A DNA stretch of 28,641 bases from Puniceicoccales bacterium (GCA_031278595.1 JAITKE010000017.1:1-28641); one strand, 5' to 3'. Shown: positions 9,343 to 18,086, counted from the first letter of the stretch. Numbers and translations are program-made. Notes: generated by a model not told the origin, from the letters alone.

Positions 9343-11100
9343 ATGCTGCCTCTCCCCAGCGTCGACGACCGAGCGCCCCTGTGGCGCCTGCTACTCTGCC
9401 TCGGGTTTGGCATCGTCCTGGCGGAATGGCTCCCGCGAGGTTCTCCAGGAGCCGCATTGGGAATACTTTTCCTCCTATCTCAGCTCCTTTCTCACCGCCG
9501 TCGGAATTGGGGAGACCCAGACAAACCCTTCGGAGACAAGGGCTGGGAAGGGGCGCTGATCCGCCCGAGTTGCTGTATCCTGGCCTTTGCCGTCTATGCT
9601 CAGTGGCGTAGCCCGCCGCCGATCGACGCCGAGGGCTTTCGGGACGGCTGGTACACCCTCGACCTCCGCCTGCAGCGGACTTACGAGCGCACGAATGCCC
9701 GGGCGCAGCAGATCTACGGCCAGGGGATCCTCCTCGATGGCCCCGCCCTGGCCTCGAGTTTTAGAAATCAACGGGTCTACTTTATGCTCGACAAAAAATC
9801 CCCGCAGCGGCACTACCGCGGCCAGACCCTGCGCGTCCGCGCCCATCTCCAGCTCCTGAAGGGCAGAACCACGGCCCATTCCTTCGAATCCTATCTGCAA
9901 CGGGTGCGCATTCCGCTCCACATCGACCGCGGGAATATTCGCTCCGTCGTCCGTGAGGGCCCGGCCTTTTTTCGCCACTGCCGGCGGCTCCAGGAACGGG
10001 CCAGAGCACAACTCCTGTGCCCCCAGGGGGATACTCCTCTCCTGCGGGGCATGCTCCTCAACTGCCGGGGCGATCTGCCGCGCTCCCAGAAGCAGCTCTT
10101 CACCCGCACCGGCGTCGCGCACCTCCTGGCCATCAGCGGCCTGCACGTCGACATCATCGGCTGGGCATTGGAAGTTTTCCTTAAATGCCTGCGATTTTCC
10201 CGGCGACGGCGCCGACTGCCCTGCATCCTCCTCCTCGGCCTCTACACCTGGATCATCGGCGCTCCGCCGTCGGCCATACGGGCCTTTCTCATGCGGACCT
10301 ATCTCGGGTCGGCCGGCTTTTTCTCGCGAAGGGCCTCGACGCTCTCGGCCATCAGCTTCGCCGGCCTTCTCTCGCTGCTCGCCCATCCCCAGCAACTCTG
10401 GGATTGGGGAATGCAATTCTCCTACGGCGCCGTTCTCTGCATCGCCCTGCTAGGAAGTCCTCTGGCGAACCACCTCTCGCGCCGGCTACGGCCCCAGACA
10501 CCCAATTTCAAACCCCTCTCCTGGAGGCATTGGCTGCGCCCTTTGCTCTCCTATGGCCTGAACTCCTTCTGCATTTCGGCACCGATCGCCCTGCTGACCC
10601 TACCGCTCAGCATCGAGTATTTCGGCTCCTTCAGCCTCGGCGGCATCCTCATCAATCTCATCGCCATTCCGCTCGCCCTGGGCCTCATCATCGGCGGATT
10701 CTGCACCCTGATCATCGCTTGCCTCTTCGGCGGCCCCGGTCACTGGATTCTGACGCAGCTCCTGCTCCCCTATATCCGGGGTTTCGAGGGGATTCTCCGG
10801 TTCTGTGACGAGCATCTGGCCTGTTTCTGGACCTGTTCGACCGCCATCCCCGGCCTCGGCCTGACGACCCTTCTGGGCGTCATGGCCCTAAGCCTGGTCG
10901 GCCATCGTCATTACCGGAAACATTTCTGCCGGACGCGGGCTTATCAGATTGCCATGGAACAGAAAGCTCTAGCGTCTTGCCGTCATGGGAGAAGGGGAGA
11001 TGTCCAGCATCCACATCGCCGACCGGCTCGTCCTCCACGCCCAGAAGAGCCCCCAGCGCCCAGCATTACTCATCCCCAGGCGTCGCCTGCTGGGCCTTAG
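9343..11100 (+). CDS. comEC: ComEC/Rec2-family competence membrane protein (no C-terminal metallo-beta-lactamase domain evident)
   Basis: FTRTGVAHLLAISGLHV, GAPPSAIRAF, GMQFSYGAV and GILINLIAIPL motifs; multiple TM segments. The 3' end overlaps the next gene by about 100 nt. Confidence 0.88.
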   Translation: MLPLPSVDDRAPLWRLLLCLGFGIVLAEWLPRGSPGAALGILFLLSQLLSHRRRNWGDPDKPFGDKGWEGALIRPSCCILAFAVYAQWRSPPPIDAEGFRDGWYTLDLRLQRTYERTNARAQQIYGQGILLDGPALASSFRNQRVYFMLDKKSPQRHYRGQTLRVRAHLQLLKGRTTAHSFESYLQRVRIPLHIDRGNIRSVVREGPAFFRHCRRLQERARAQLLCPQGDTPLLRGMLLNCRGDLPRSQKQLFTRTGVAHLLAISGLHVDIIGWALEVFLKCLRFSRRRRRLPCILLLGLYTWIIGAPPSAIRAFLMRTYLGSAGFFSRRASTLSAISFAGLLSLLAHPQQLWDWGMQFSYGAVLCIALLGSPLANHLSRRLRPQTPNFKPLSWRHWLRPLLSYGLNSFCISAPIALLTLPLSIEYFGSFSLGGILINLIAIPLALGLIIGGFCTLIIACLFGGPGHWILTQLLLPYIRGFEGILRFCDEHLACFWTCSTAIPGLGLTTLLGVMALSLVGHRHYRKHFCRTRAYQIAMEQKALASCRHGRRGDVQHPHRRPARPPRPEEPPAPSITHPQASPAGP

Positions 11101-12640
11101 GACCCACTGGATTTCCAAAACATTTCGCGATCTGCACGAGGAAGTGGAGGGCCTGATGCGCCTGTTGCGGGAAAGCTTCCATCTCTCGAAGCGGCATCGC
11201 GTCCTGCTGGCGGTGCGGCCCGGGCACGAGCTCATCACCGGCGCCTTTGCCCTCCTGCGCCTGGGGGCGATTCCCATCATCATCGATGCCGGCATGGGCC
11301 TGCGGCGTTTCCTGTCCTGCGCGCGGAAGGCCCGTCCCGACTTCATCCTCGGGGCAGGCAGGCTGCGATGGGCCTCCATTTTCCTCCGCTCCTTCGAGCC
11401 CAGGCCACGCCTGATCTGGCTCACCCGGGGCTTCCTCCGCTCCTGGCAACGCTGCACCGCCTCCTCCGAATCCCCCTTCCGCCGGTCTCCCGGCGTTTCC
11501 GTACATCCCGATGACCTGGCGGCGATCCTCTTCAGCTCCGGATCGACGGGGACGGCCAAAGGTGTCCGCTACAGCCACCGGCAGTTCTCCGCCCAATTGG
11601 AGGCTTTACGGCGCAACTATCCCCTGTCCGAAGACGACGTCGATCTTCCCCTTCTACCCATTTTCTCGCTCTTCAATCCCCTCATCGGGCGCACGAGTGT
11701 CCTTCCCGAGATGGAGGCGACGAAGCCCTCGCGGCTGCGGGCCAAAAAGATCATCGAGGCCCTTCGGCAGCACCGCGTCACGAGCAGTTTCGGCGCCCCG
11801 GTGCTGTGGAGAAAAATCGCGCTCTACGGCTACCGCCACGGCCTTCAGCTGCCGGACATTCGCTTCCTATTCCTGGCCGGCGTTTCCTGCGATATCCCAA
11901 CGCTGGAGCTGCTGTGGCGCATCGTTCCCCAAGCCGAGATCCACACCCCCTACGGTGCAACGGAGGCCCTGCCCATCACCGACATCCGCGGCGACGAGAT
12001 CCTCTCCCGCTGGAAGGTCCTTCAGGAAAACGGCAGCGGCACCTGCGTCGGACGGCCCATCACCGGTGCCCAAGTGCGGATCATTCGGGTGACGGAGGAA
12101 GCCATTCCCCGATGGGAACCGGCCCTGGAGCTGGCGACGGGCCACGTGGGGGAGATCATCGTCGGCGGGCCCATGGTGACGGAGAGCTACGACGGCGAAC
12201 CCGAAAAGACCCGGTTGGCCAAGATTCAGGACGGCGACAGGGTCTGGCACCGCATGGGTGACCTGGGCTTTTTGGATCAGCAGGGCCGGCTCTGGTTCTG
12301 CGGCCGCCGGGCGGAGCGCGTCCTCGTCGGCGACGAGATCTTTTACCCCGACTGCACGGAACCCTTTTTTCTCAAGCACTCATCCGTCGCCCGCTGCGCC
12401 CTCATCGGCCTGAGGAGAAAGGGCCTCACGTTCCCCGCCATCGTCGTCCAGCCGAAACTCGGGCATTACCCGCTCTGGACCTACCAGAGAAACCGCTTCA
12501 TCGGGGAGCTTCGGGAAATTGCGGAGCGCTACGAAAAGACCCGCCGCATCCGGCATTTCTTCTTCCGCAAAAAACTGCCGGTCGATGTGCGGCACAATGC
12601 CAAAATCCATCGCCTGGCCCTGGCCAAGCGCTTCTCCTAG
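11000..12640 (+). CDS. oleC: AMP-binding (ANL superfamily) enzyme, OleC-like olefin beta-lactone synthetase
   Basis: AAILFSSGSTG, TPYGATEALP, WHRMGDLG and C-terminal LPVDVRHNAKIHR, which I recognise as OleC-typical. Start placed at ATG 11000 after GAAGGGGAG; the ORF track starts at 10985. Confidence 0.75.
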   Translation: MSSIHIADRLVLHAQKSPQRPALLIPRRRLLGLRTHWISKTFRDLHEEVEGLMRLLRESFHLSKRHRVLLAVRPGHELITGAFALLRLGAIPIIIDAGMGLRRFLSCARKARPDFILGAGRLRWASIFLRSFEPRPRLIWLTRGFLRSWQRCTASSESPFRRSPGVSVHPDDLAAILFSSGSTGTAKGVRYSHRQFSAQLEALRRNYPLSEDDVDLPLLPIFSLFNPLIGRTSVLPEMEATKPSRLRAKKIIEALRQHRVTSSFGAPVLWRKIALYGYRHGLQLPDIRFLFLAGVSCDIPTLELLWRIVPQAEIHTPYGATEALPITDIRGDEILSRWKVLQENGSGTCVGRPITGAQVRIIRVTEEAIPRWEPALELATGHVGEIIVGGPMVTESYDGEPEKTRLAKIQDGDRVWHRMGDLGFLDQQGRLWFCGRRAERVLVGDEIFYPDCTEPFFLKHSSVARCALIGLRRKGLTFPAIVVQPKLGHYPLWTYQRNRFIGELREIAERYEKTRRIRHFFFRKKLPVDVRHNAKIHRLALAKRFS

Positions 12641-12766
12641 AGAGTGTCGTCAAATAAAAGATTGGGCGGGGGCCCCGGGACGCTCGCTTCGCGAGCAAGC
12701 GGCTTTAGCCGCTTAAGCCCTCTTCGAGGGCTGTCCCGGGGCCCCAAAAAACCGATGTACCCTCTA
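12641..12766. mobile_element. Degenerate MITE (IS5-like end) containing a cloverleaf repeat
   Basis: CTAG (12637-12640, includes the oleC stop) is followed by AGAGTGTCGTCAAATAAAAG, matching the reverse complement of the 18067-18090 end. The right end is only partial (accctctaa near 12760-12768). Confidence 0.55.
12669..12745. repeat. Cloverleaf-type palindromic repeat (compact)
   Basis: Perfect 13-bp outer ggggccccgggac / gtcccggggcccc; inner gctcgc-ttc-gcgagc, aagcggc-ttta-gccgctt and agccctc-ttc-gagggct. Confidence 0.85.
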
Positions 12767-12907
12767 AAGCGAAAGTAGACTTCTTTCGGAACGATGAATT
12801 CTTCTGTCGATAAATCTTTTAAGCTCAAACATCTCCTACTTACTCCCTCAAAATTACTCTTTCTTTATATCGCCTTATCATCGTTTCGAAAGAAGCCTAC
12901 TGCCTAG

Positions 12908-13232
12908 AGGGTGTCGTCAAATCAAGCAGCGAAAAGGGAGTTATTGGATTTTGTTTTTGGGGTTGCCTTTGCGCCGAAGCCCCCGAATGGGGCTTCGGCG
13001 TGGGCCCGCCTTCGGCGGGCCGCTTCCCTTGGAAACCAAAGGCAACCCCAAAAAAGAGGAGCTTCTTGGCCTTGACACCGAGGGTGGCCCGTTCGGAGTT
13101 CCCTATGATATAAAAATTCCCTCTTTAGGCGTAAATCCCTCCGCCCAGACAGAAGGCATTTTTCACCGTAGAAGGCGAGAACCTGGCTACTGGCGAGGGC
13201 GCCCGGAGGGTTTTGGATTTCGGCGACAGCGC
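12908..13232. mobile_element. Probable MITE (IS5-like ends) containing a cloverleaf repeat
   Basis: Left end CTAG-AGGGTGTCGTCAAATCA (12904-12924). A degenerate right end, gatttcggcgacagcgc-CTAG, ends at 13236. Confidence 0.5.
12955..13053. repeat. Cloverleaf-type palindromic repeat (GCCTTTG/CAAAGGC subfamily)
   Basis: 17-bp outer ttttggggttgcctttg / caaaggcaaccccaaaa; inner cgccgaagcccc...ggggcttcggcg, ggcccgcc-ttc-ggcgggcc and ttcc-ctt-ggaa. Close relative at 24803-24901. Confidence 0.88.
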
Positions 13233-13245
13233 CTAGGTCGAACGC

Positions 13246-14421
13246 TTACTGGATTCTCAATAGCTCGGATACCGTCGTTTCCCCGTTCTGGATGTGATGG
13301 AGGCCCTCCCGCTGCAGGGGCACATAGCCTTCCTGCATCGCCAAATGCTGGATCTGCGTCCACGAGGAGTGGGCGCGGATCGCCTCACGGATCGCCAGCG
13401 AAACCGGCATCCATTCGTAGAGCGCGAAACGGCCGGCGTAGCCCGTGCGGAAACAGGCCTCGCAGCCGCGGCCCCGGTAAAGGGTCTGGCCCTTGAGCTC
13501 TGGAAAAAAACGCAGCTCCTCCGCCGTCGCTTCGCAGGCCTCTTTGCACGGCTCGCAAATGCGCCGTACCAGGCGCTGAGCTAGAATGCCCTTGACCGTA
13601 TCGGCGATCAGATAGGGCTCGGTCCCCATGTCCACCAGGCGCATCACCGTACTCGGCGCATCGTTGGTGTGCAGGGTACCCAGTACCAGATGGCCGGTCA
13701 GGGCCGCCTGAATCGCCACCCTGGCGGTTTCCGTATCGCGCAGCTCGCCGACGAGAATCTTGTCCGGGTCATGGCGCAGGAAGGCCCGCAGCGCCCGGTC
13801 GAAGCTCAGGCCCACCTCGTCGTGGACATTGACCTGGATCATCCCGTCCATCTCATACTCGACGGGATCCTCGACGGTCAGAATTTTGATCCCCTCCTGA
13901 TTGATGTACTGGAGGGCGCTGTACAGCGTCGTCGTCTTGCCGCTGCCGGTCGGCCCCGTGGTCAGTAAAATTCCGGAACCTCCATTCAGGCATTCCTTGA
14001 CCGCGGCCAAGACGGGAGCCGGCATGCCGACCTTGTCGATGTCGAAATGCCAGGAACCCTGATCCAGTACGCGCAGGACGACGCTTTCCCCGTACTGGGT
14101 TGGCAAGGTCGATACGCGAAAATCCACCAGGTGTCGGGCGTACTCGCGCTCGATGTGGCCGTCCTGCGGCAGGCGCTTCTCCGCCGAATCCAAATTAGCC
14201 AGGGTCTTCACCCGCGAGATGATCGCATCGCCCAGGTCCCGCTCCGGTGACGGATATTCCCGCAAGACCCCGTCGATGCGCAGCCGCACCAGCATGTCCC
14301 GCTCGAAGGTCTCGAAATGCACGTCCGAGGCATGAGCTTCCACCGCACGCTCCAGGATATTGTCGACGAAACGCACGATGGGAGATATTCCCCCCTCCCC
14401 ATCCAAGAGCCGTGAATCCAC
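13246..14421 (-). CDS. GspE/PilB-family secretion/pilus assembly ATPase (short N-terminus)
   Basis: ASDVHFE, DFRVSTLPTQYGESVVLRVL, Walker A GPTGSGKTT, Asp box EDPVE, Walker B ILVGELRD, His box GHLVLGTLHTND and tetra-Cys CEPC...CEAC. Confidence 0.93.
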   Translation of the reverse strand: MDSRLLDGEGGISPIVRFVDNILERAVEAHASDVHFETFERDMLVRLRIDGVLREYPSPERDLGDAIISRVKTLANLDSAEKRLPQDGHIEREYARHLVDFRVSTLPTQYGESVVLRVLDQGSWHFDIDKVGMPAPVLAAVKECLNGGSGILLTTGPTGSGKTTTLYSALQYINQEGIKILTVEDPVEYEMDGMIQVNVHDEVGLSFDRALRAFLRHDPDKILVGELRDTETARVAIQAALTGHLVLGTLHTNDAPSTVMRLVDMGTEPYLIADTVKGILAQRLVRRICEPCKEACEATAEELRFFPELKGQTLYRGRGCEACFRTGYAGRFALYEWMPVSLAIREAIRAHSSWTQIQHLAMQEGYVPLQREGLHHIQNGETTVSELLRIQ

Positions 14422-14530
14422 GGGCCCATTATGGCAGAATCTGGGCCCGGAGGCAATTTTTTAATCGCAGTACAATCGGTGTAAAACTCTTGCGCACTCC
14501 CGAGGTTTCTTTTCATGGGCTTTATAGGCT

Positions 14531-15916
14531 ATGGACTTAAGAAAGTTTGGGGGGATTAGGATGTTCGCAGGACTCCTGCTGCTGTGCTCTACTGTCGAGG
14601 CAGTACCGCCCCGCGACGCCATTTTTCAAGCGGTTTGCGATGGGGATTTGGCCGCCGTGCAGGAACTCATCGACCGTTGGCCGCGATGCGTCAACGACAT
14701 ACCGGAATTGAATCTGTACAGCGATGAGGAATATCGAGGGCTGTCGCCCTTTCTCCTGGCTGTGGAGAGAGAACAACGGCCCATCATCGACTATATGCTT
14801 CAATTTGCTGAGATCAATCATCCTCGCAGAGAGGAAATATTCTCAGCGGTTTGCGATGGAGAGCTGCTTAAGGTAAAAGCCCTCGTGACGCATTGGCCGC
14901 GATGCGTCAACGATGGATCCGACCCGCACGGCGAGAATGGAGGAATGACCCCATTCCAGCTGGCCATGACGATGGGGGAGGAGGAGATGGTCGGCTTTAT
15001 GCTTCGCCGGGGCGATGTAAATTTCTTCAGGCGCGAACCACGGCGTGGGGATAATGCCCTACTTCTCGCCCTTCGGCTCAGCGGCTACACCCGTATCATG
15101 GACGCCGTCCTGGCCCATCTGGAGCAACTCCACCAAACACTTCCCCGGAGAATTCGAAAAATCCTGGAAGCCCGCAATAACGCCAGAGAAGATGCTTTCA
15201 GCCTGACCATCCGCACCAATGTCACGAACAAAGCGGCCGTGCTCCGCCGACTGCTCCGGATCGGGCTGATCCCCACCTGGGTTCCCTTCGAATCCTTCGG
15301 TGAATATCATCCACATCAACTCCCCACCAATCCACTGTACGCCCTGCAGTGGCAAGGGGAATGGGAAGCCTTCTGCATCCTCGCGGAGCATTACCCCGTC
15401 ATGTTGTTCTTCAGCATAGAATCTATTTTTACCACGAACCGTCTCCGGCGTTTCAAGAATCAATCCGTCATCATGAGGCTGTTAAGGCCAGATACTTTCA
15501 CCGAATTCCAGGGGGCGGTTGAGCAATACGGCCAGAATAATCCATTTCTACAACTGGTGTGCGGAGATATGCCCCGAGCCGGACAGGAACTCGCTCCCGA
15601 GCTGACGAACGACTCCCTTCAGAGCTCCGAAGGAAGGACTCCACTGGACATCATCCGATATGCCGTCAAGGCATACATTTGGCATCCGAAGCGACCCGGC
15701 GTAAGCCAGAGGGCCTACGCCGTAAACGACCGATACCAAAAGGGGCAGGCGATCATCGACACGGCCATCCGAATGGGACTGCGGAAGCAGGCGAAGGAGT
15801 GGACTAGGACCAAGGCCAAAGTTAGGATCATGGCCAGAGCTAGGGCTAGAGCTAGGGATGAAAGCGACGAAGCACGTGAACGATTTCCCCAGGTACTCCA
15901 AGACCTCAATCCCTGA
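14531..15916 (+). CDS. Ankyrin-repeat protein with signal-peptide-like N-terminus
   Basis: Ankyrin-like units GLSPFLLAV..EQRPIIDYML, GMTPFQLAMTMGEEEMVGFMLRRGDVN and GDNALLLAL; hydrophobic MFAGLLLLCSTVEA (alternative start 14561); internal 72-codon duplication. Confidence 0.78.
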   Translation: MDLRKFGGIRMFAGLLLLCSTVEAVPPRDAIFQAVCDGDLAAVQELIDRWPRCVNDIPELNLYSDEEYRGLSPFLLAVEREQRPIIDYMLQFAEINHPRREEIFSAVCDGELLKVKALVTHWPRCVNDGSDPHGENGGMTPFQLAMTMGEEEMVGFMLRRGDVNFFRREPRRGDNALLLALRLSGYTRIMDAVLAHLEQLHQTLPRRIRKILEARNNAREDAFSLTIRTNVTNKAAVLRRLLRIGLIPTWVPFESFGEYHPHQLPTNPLYALQWQGEWEAFCILAEHYPVMLFFSIESIFTTNRLRRFKNQSVIMRLLRPDTFTEFQGAVEQYGQNNPFLQLVCGDMPRAGQELAPELTNDSLQSSEGRTPLDIIRYAVKAYIWHPKRPGVSQRAYAVNDRYQKGQAIIDTAIRMGLRKQAKEWTRTKAKVRIMARARARARDESDEARERFPQVLQDLNP

Positions 15917-16002
15917 GTCTAAATCCTTCCCTTGAGCCTAAATTTCCTTCCCCTTAAGCTCCAATTTCCTCTGGCCTTTGCGGCGTTGGGGTTGGTTGTT
16001 TT

Positions 16003-16106
16003 TTGGGGGCTGGCTTTGTCCGAAGGGGCAAGGACGTCCGTCCTTGCCCCTTCGGACGGCCCGCTCCGCGGGCCCGATTTCTCCGAAATCGAAAGCCAGC
16101 CCCCAA
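16003..16106. repeat. Cloverleaf-type palindromic repeat (GGCTGGCTTT subfamily)
   Basis: Outer ttgggggctggcttt / aaagccagcccccaa; inner 18-bp stem gtccgaaggggcaaggac / gtccttgccccttcggac, ggcccgc-tcc-gcgggcc and cgatttc-tcc-gaaatcg. Confidence 0.9.
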
Positions 16107-16200
16107 ACAATCCCTTCCCACTCTTCATAAAATCGCCCCTCCTCAGAACACACTGGACAGCCGAGGAGCATCCTTATGATCCTCCGGAGCCGCACGGCCT

Positions 16201-17916
16201 ATGTTTTCCGTCCTGCTCAGCATCCTCCTCTTCGGAGTCTCCATCTTCATCCATGAACTGGGCCATTACCTAGCCGCCCGGCGCCAGGGGCTCTTCATCC
16301 CGAGATTTTCCATCGGCTTCGGGCCGAAGCTCCTCTCCTGGCAGTTTCAGGGAACGGAATTCTGCCTCTCGCTCCTGCCGCTGGGCGGCTATGTGGCTCT
16401 GCCCCAACTCGCCGAACTCGAGGCCCTGGAGGGCAGCTACGTCCTCCCCGACACCTGCAAAAAACAGCTGAGCGCCTGGGACAAGTGCTCCGTTGCGCTG
16501 ATGGGCCCGCTGTTCAACCTCCTCCTGGCATTATTCGTGGCCTCCATCCTATGGATCCACGGCACACCGGGTTTTTCCGAAGACTCCTCGACCACCGTCG
16601 GCTACATTTTCCCCCATCTCCCGACTCCTTCCGGAAACATTCCCAATCCCAGCCTAGGGTCCGGACTGCAGCTGGGCGATGTCATTCTGTCCGTCGATGG
16701 GCAGCCGGTCTCCCGCTTCGAAGCCATCCAACAGGCCATCGGTCTCGGCTCCGGCCACGATGATCAAGGACGGGCAATGGTGGAATTGGAAGTGCGCCGT
16801 GGCGACGCGATCCTCCCGCTCACCCTCTATCCCGTCAAAATCTGCCTATCCAGTAATCGTTCGGACAGTCTCCGCAGCCTCGGCATCGCCCCGACCTCTT
16901 CCCTGAAGATCACGGGCATCGTGCCGAATACCCCCGCAGCTCAGGCCGGATTGCAGACAGGCGACCAGGTGCTGGCCGTTGATGGGCAGACGCTCTACTC
17001 CCTCCAACAGCTGCAGGATCATCTTCAGGGCTCCCCTTCGGCCATTCGGCTCTCGGTGCGGCGACGGGGGGAGGAGATCTCCCTCTCCGCCACACTGGCC
17101 GATGTCCCCATCAGCAAGGCCTACTGGAAGCTCGAAGATTCCCAAGGGCAGGAAATCCTCTGCCTCATCCCGCGGGACTCATCCCCCTCGCCGAAGTCCC
17201 AGTGGACCGAGGACCGCTTCGAGATCGGATTTTCGACGGGACATCGGTCGTCCTCCTCCCTGGCCGCCGGTGATGGACTCCTCCTGCCGGCGCATTCGGC
17301 CGATTTTTCCAACCTGGGCGAATGGCTATCCCGCGGCGCACCCCCCTCGCTTCGCTTTCAGAAACCCGACGGCAGTGTCTACGAATACCCACTGGGGAAT
17401 TACAGGACCCGGAACATAGCGGCGACCACCCTTCGCCGGCTGGGCATCGAATGCGCGCCGGAAATGGTCTGGCTCCACCTCTCGCCCTGGCGGCAGATTA
17501 GGAACTACGCCGCCCAGAGCGCCCAAACCCTGCGCAGCCTGCTTTCGCCGCACTCGGACGTGGCCCTGCGGCACCTGATGGGCCCCCCGGGCATTTTCAG
17601 GACGATGAACACCCTCGCCGCCCACAGCCTTTGGAACTTGCTGGCCTTTCTCGTCATGCTCAACGTCAATCTCGCCATTCTCAACCTCCTCCCGCTGCCG
17701 GTGCTCGATGGCGGCCACCTCATCCTGGCCGGGCTGCAAAAGCTCTCGGGGCGTGGCTTTCCTCTGCGGTGGTGGCAGCGCAGCCAGCTCCTCTTCATCC
17801 TCTTCTTCCTGGGCCTCATGATCTACGTTAGCTTTCATGACCTCCGGCGCTGGAGGGATGACCGACGCGATCGCTCGGCCCTGAAATTTCAGGAACAGAT
17901 CAGCCTTCACCCTTAG
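16201..17916 (+). CDS. rseP: RIP metalloprotease RseP (M50 site-2 protease with PDZ domains)
   Basis: FIHELGH (HExxH), FSIGFGP, LPLGGYV, GPLFN, two PDZ-like segments (GLQLGDVILSVDG, GLQTGDQVLAVDG) and NLLPLPVLDGG. Confidence 0.95.
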   Translation: MFSVLLSILLFGVSIFIHELGHYLAARRQGLFIPRFSIGFGPKLLSWQFQGTEFCLSLLPLGGYVALPQLAELEALEGSYVLPDTCKKQLSAWDKCSVALMGPLFNLLLALFVASILWIHGTPGFSEDSSTTVGYIFPHLPTPSGNIPNPSLGSGLQLGDVILSVDGQPVSRFEAIQQAIGLGSGHDDQGRAMVELEVRRGDAILPLTLYPVKICLSSNRSDSLRSLGIAPTSSLKITGIVPNTPAAQAGLQTGDQVLAVDGQTLYSLQQLQDHLQGSPSAIRLSVRRRGEEISLSATLADVPISKAYWKLEDSQGQEILCLIPRDSSPSPKSQWTEDRFEIGFSTGHRSSSSLAAGDGLLLPAHSADFSNLGEWLSRGAPPSLRFQKPDGSVYEYPLGNYRTRNIAATTLRRLGIECAPEMVWLHLSPWRQIRNYAAQSAQTLRSLLSPHSDVALRHLMGPPGIFRTMNTLAAHSLWNLLAFLVMLNVNLAILNLLPLPVLDGGHLILAGLQKLSGRGFPLRWWQRSQLLFILFFLGLMIYVSFHDLRRWRDDRRDRSALKFQEQISLHP

Positions 17917-18086
17917 AAGATGTCGTCAAATCAAATGGAGACTTTTCCATCTTGCAAATCAGGTCGCAACCTCCTCATCTTGTTCCACAATTCGCCTGAT
18001 AGGTCGTATCTCTTATGCGTTCTTTTTTCATTCCCTCTTTCTTCCTCTCTTTTTTCCTTTGTTCCTCTTTTATTTGACGACACCCT
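17917..18086 (-). mobile_element. MITE derived from an IS5-family element (copy A, 170 bp)
   Basis: Inverted ends AAGATGTCGTCAAAT / ATTTGACGACACCCT, flanked by TTAG (rseP stop) and CTAG. The minus strand reads KRTHKRYDLSGELWNKMRRLRP, resembling an IS5-family transposase N-terminus (RYDLTDxxW..I..LLP). Confidence 0.82.

Noticed and set aside
9475-10416. 313-aa minus-strand ORF and other ORFs overlapping comEC, oleC, rseP, the deoA-like gene and prmC
   Set aside because: Shadow ORFs typical of high-GC coding DNA, with biased Arg/Pro/Gly composition and no motifs.
13072-13119. TTGACA...TATGAT as a sigma70 promoter
   Set aside because: The spacing is about 36 nt, far from 17, and no downstream gene lies on that strand.
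12951-13496. 181-aa + strand ORF
   Set aside because: It starts inside a cloverleaf/MITE and overlaps gspE antisense; no protein features.
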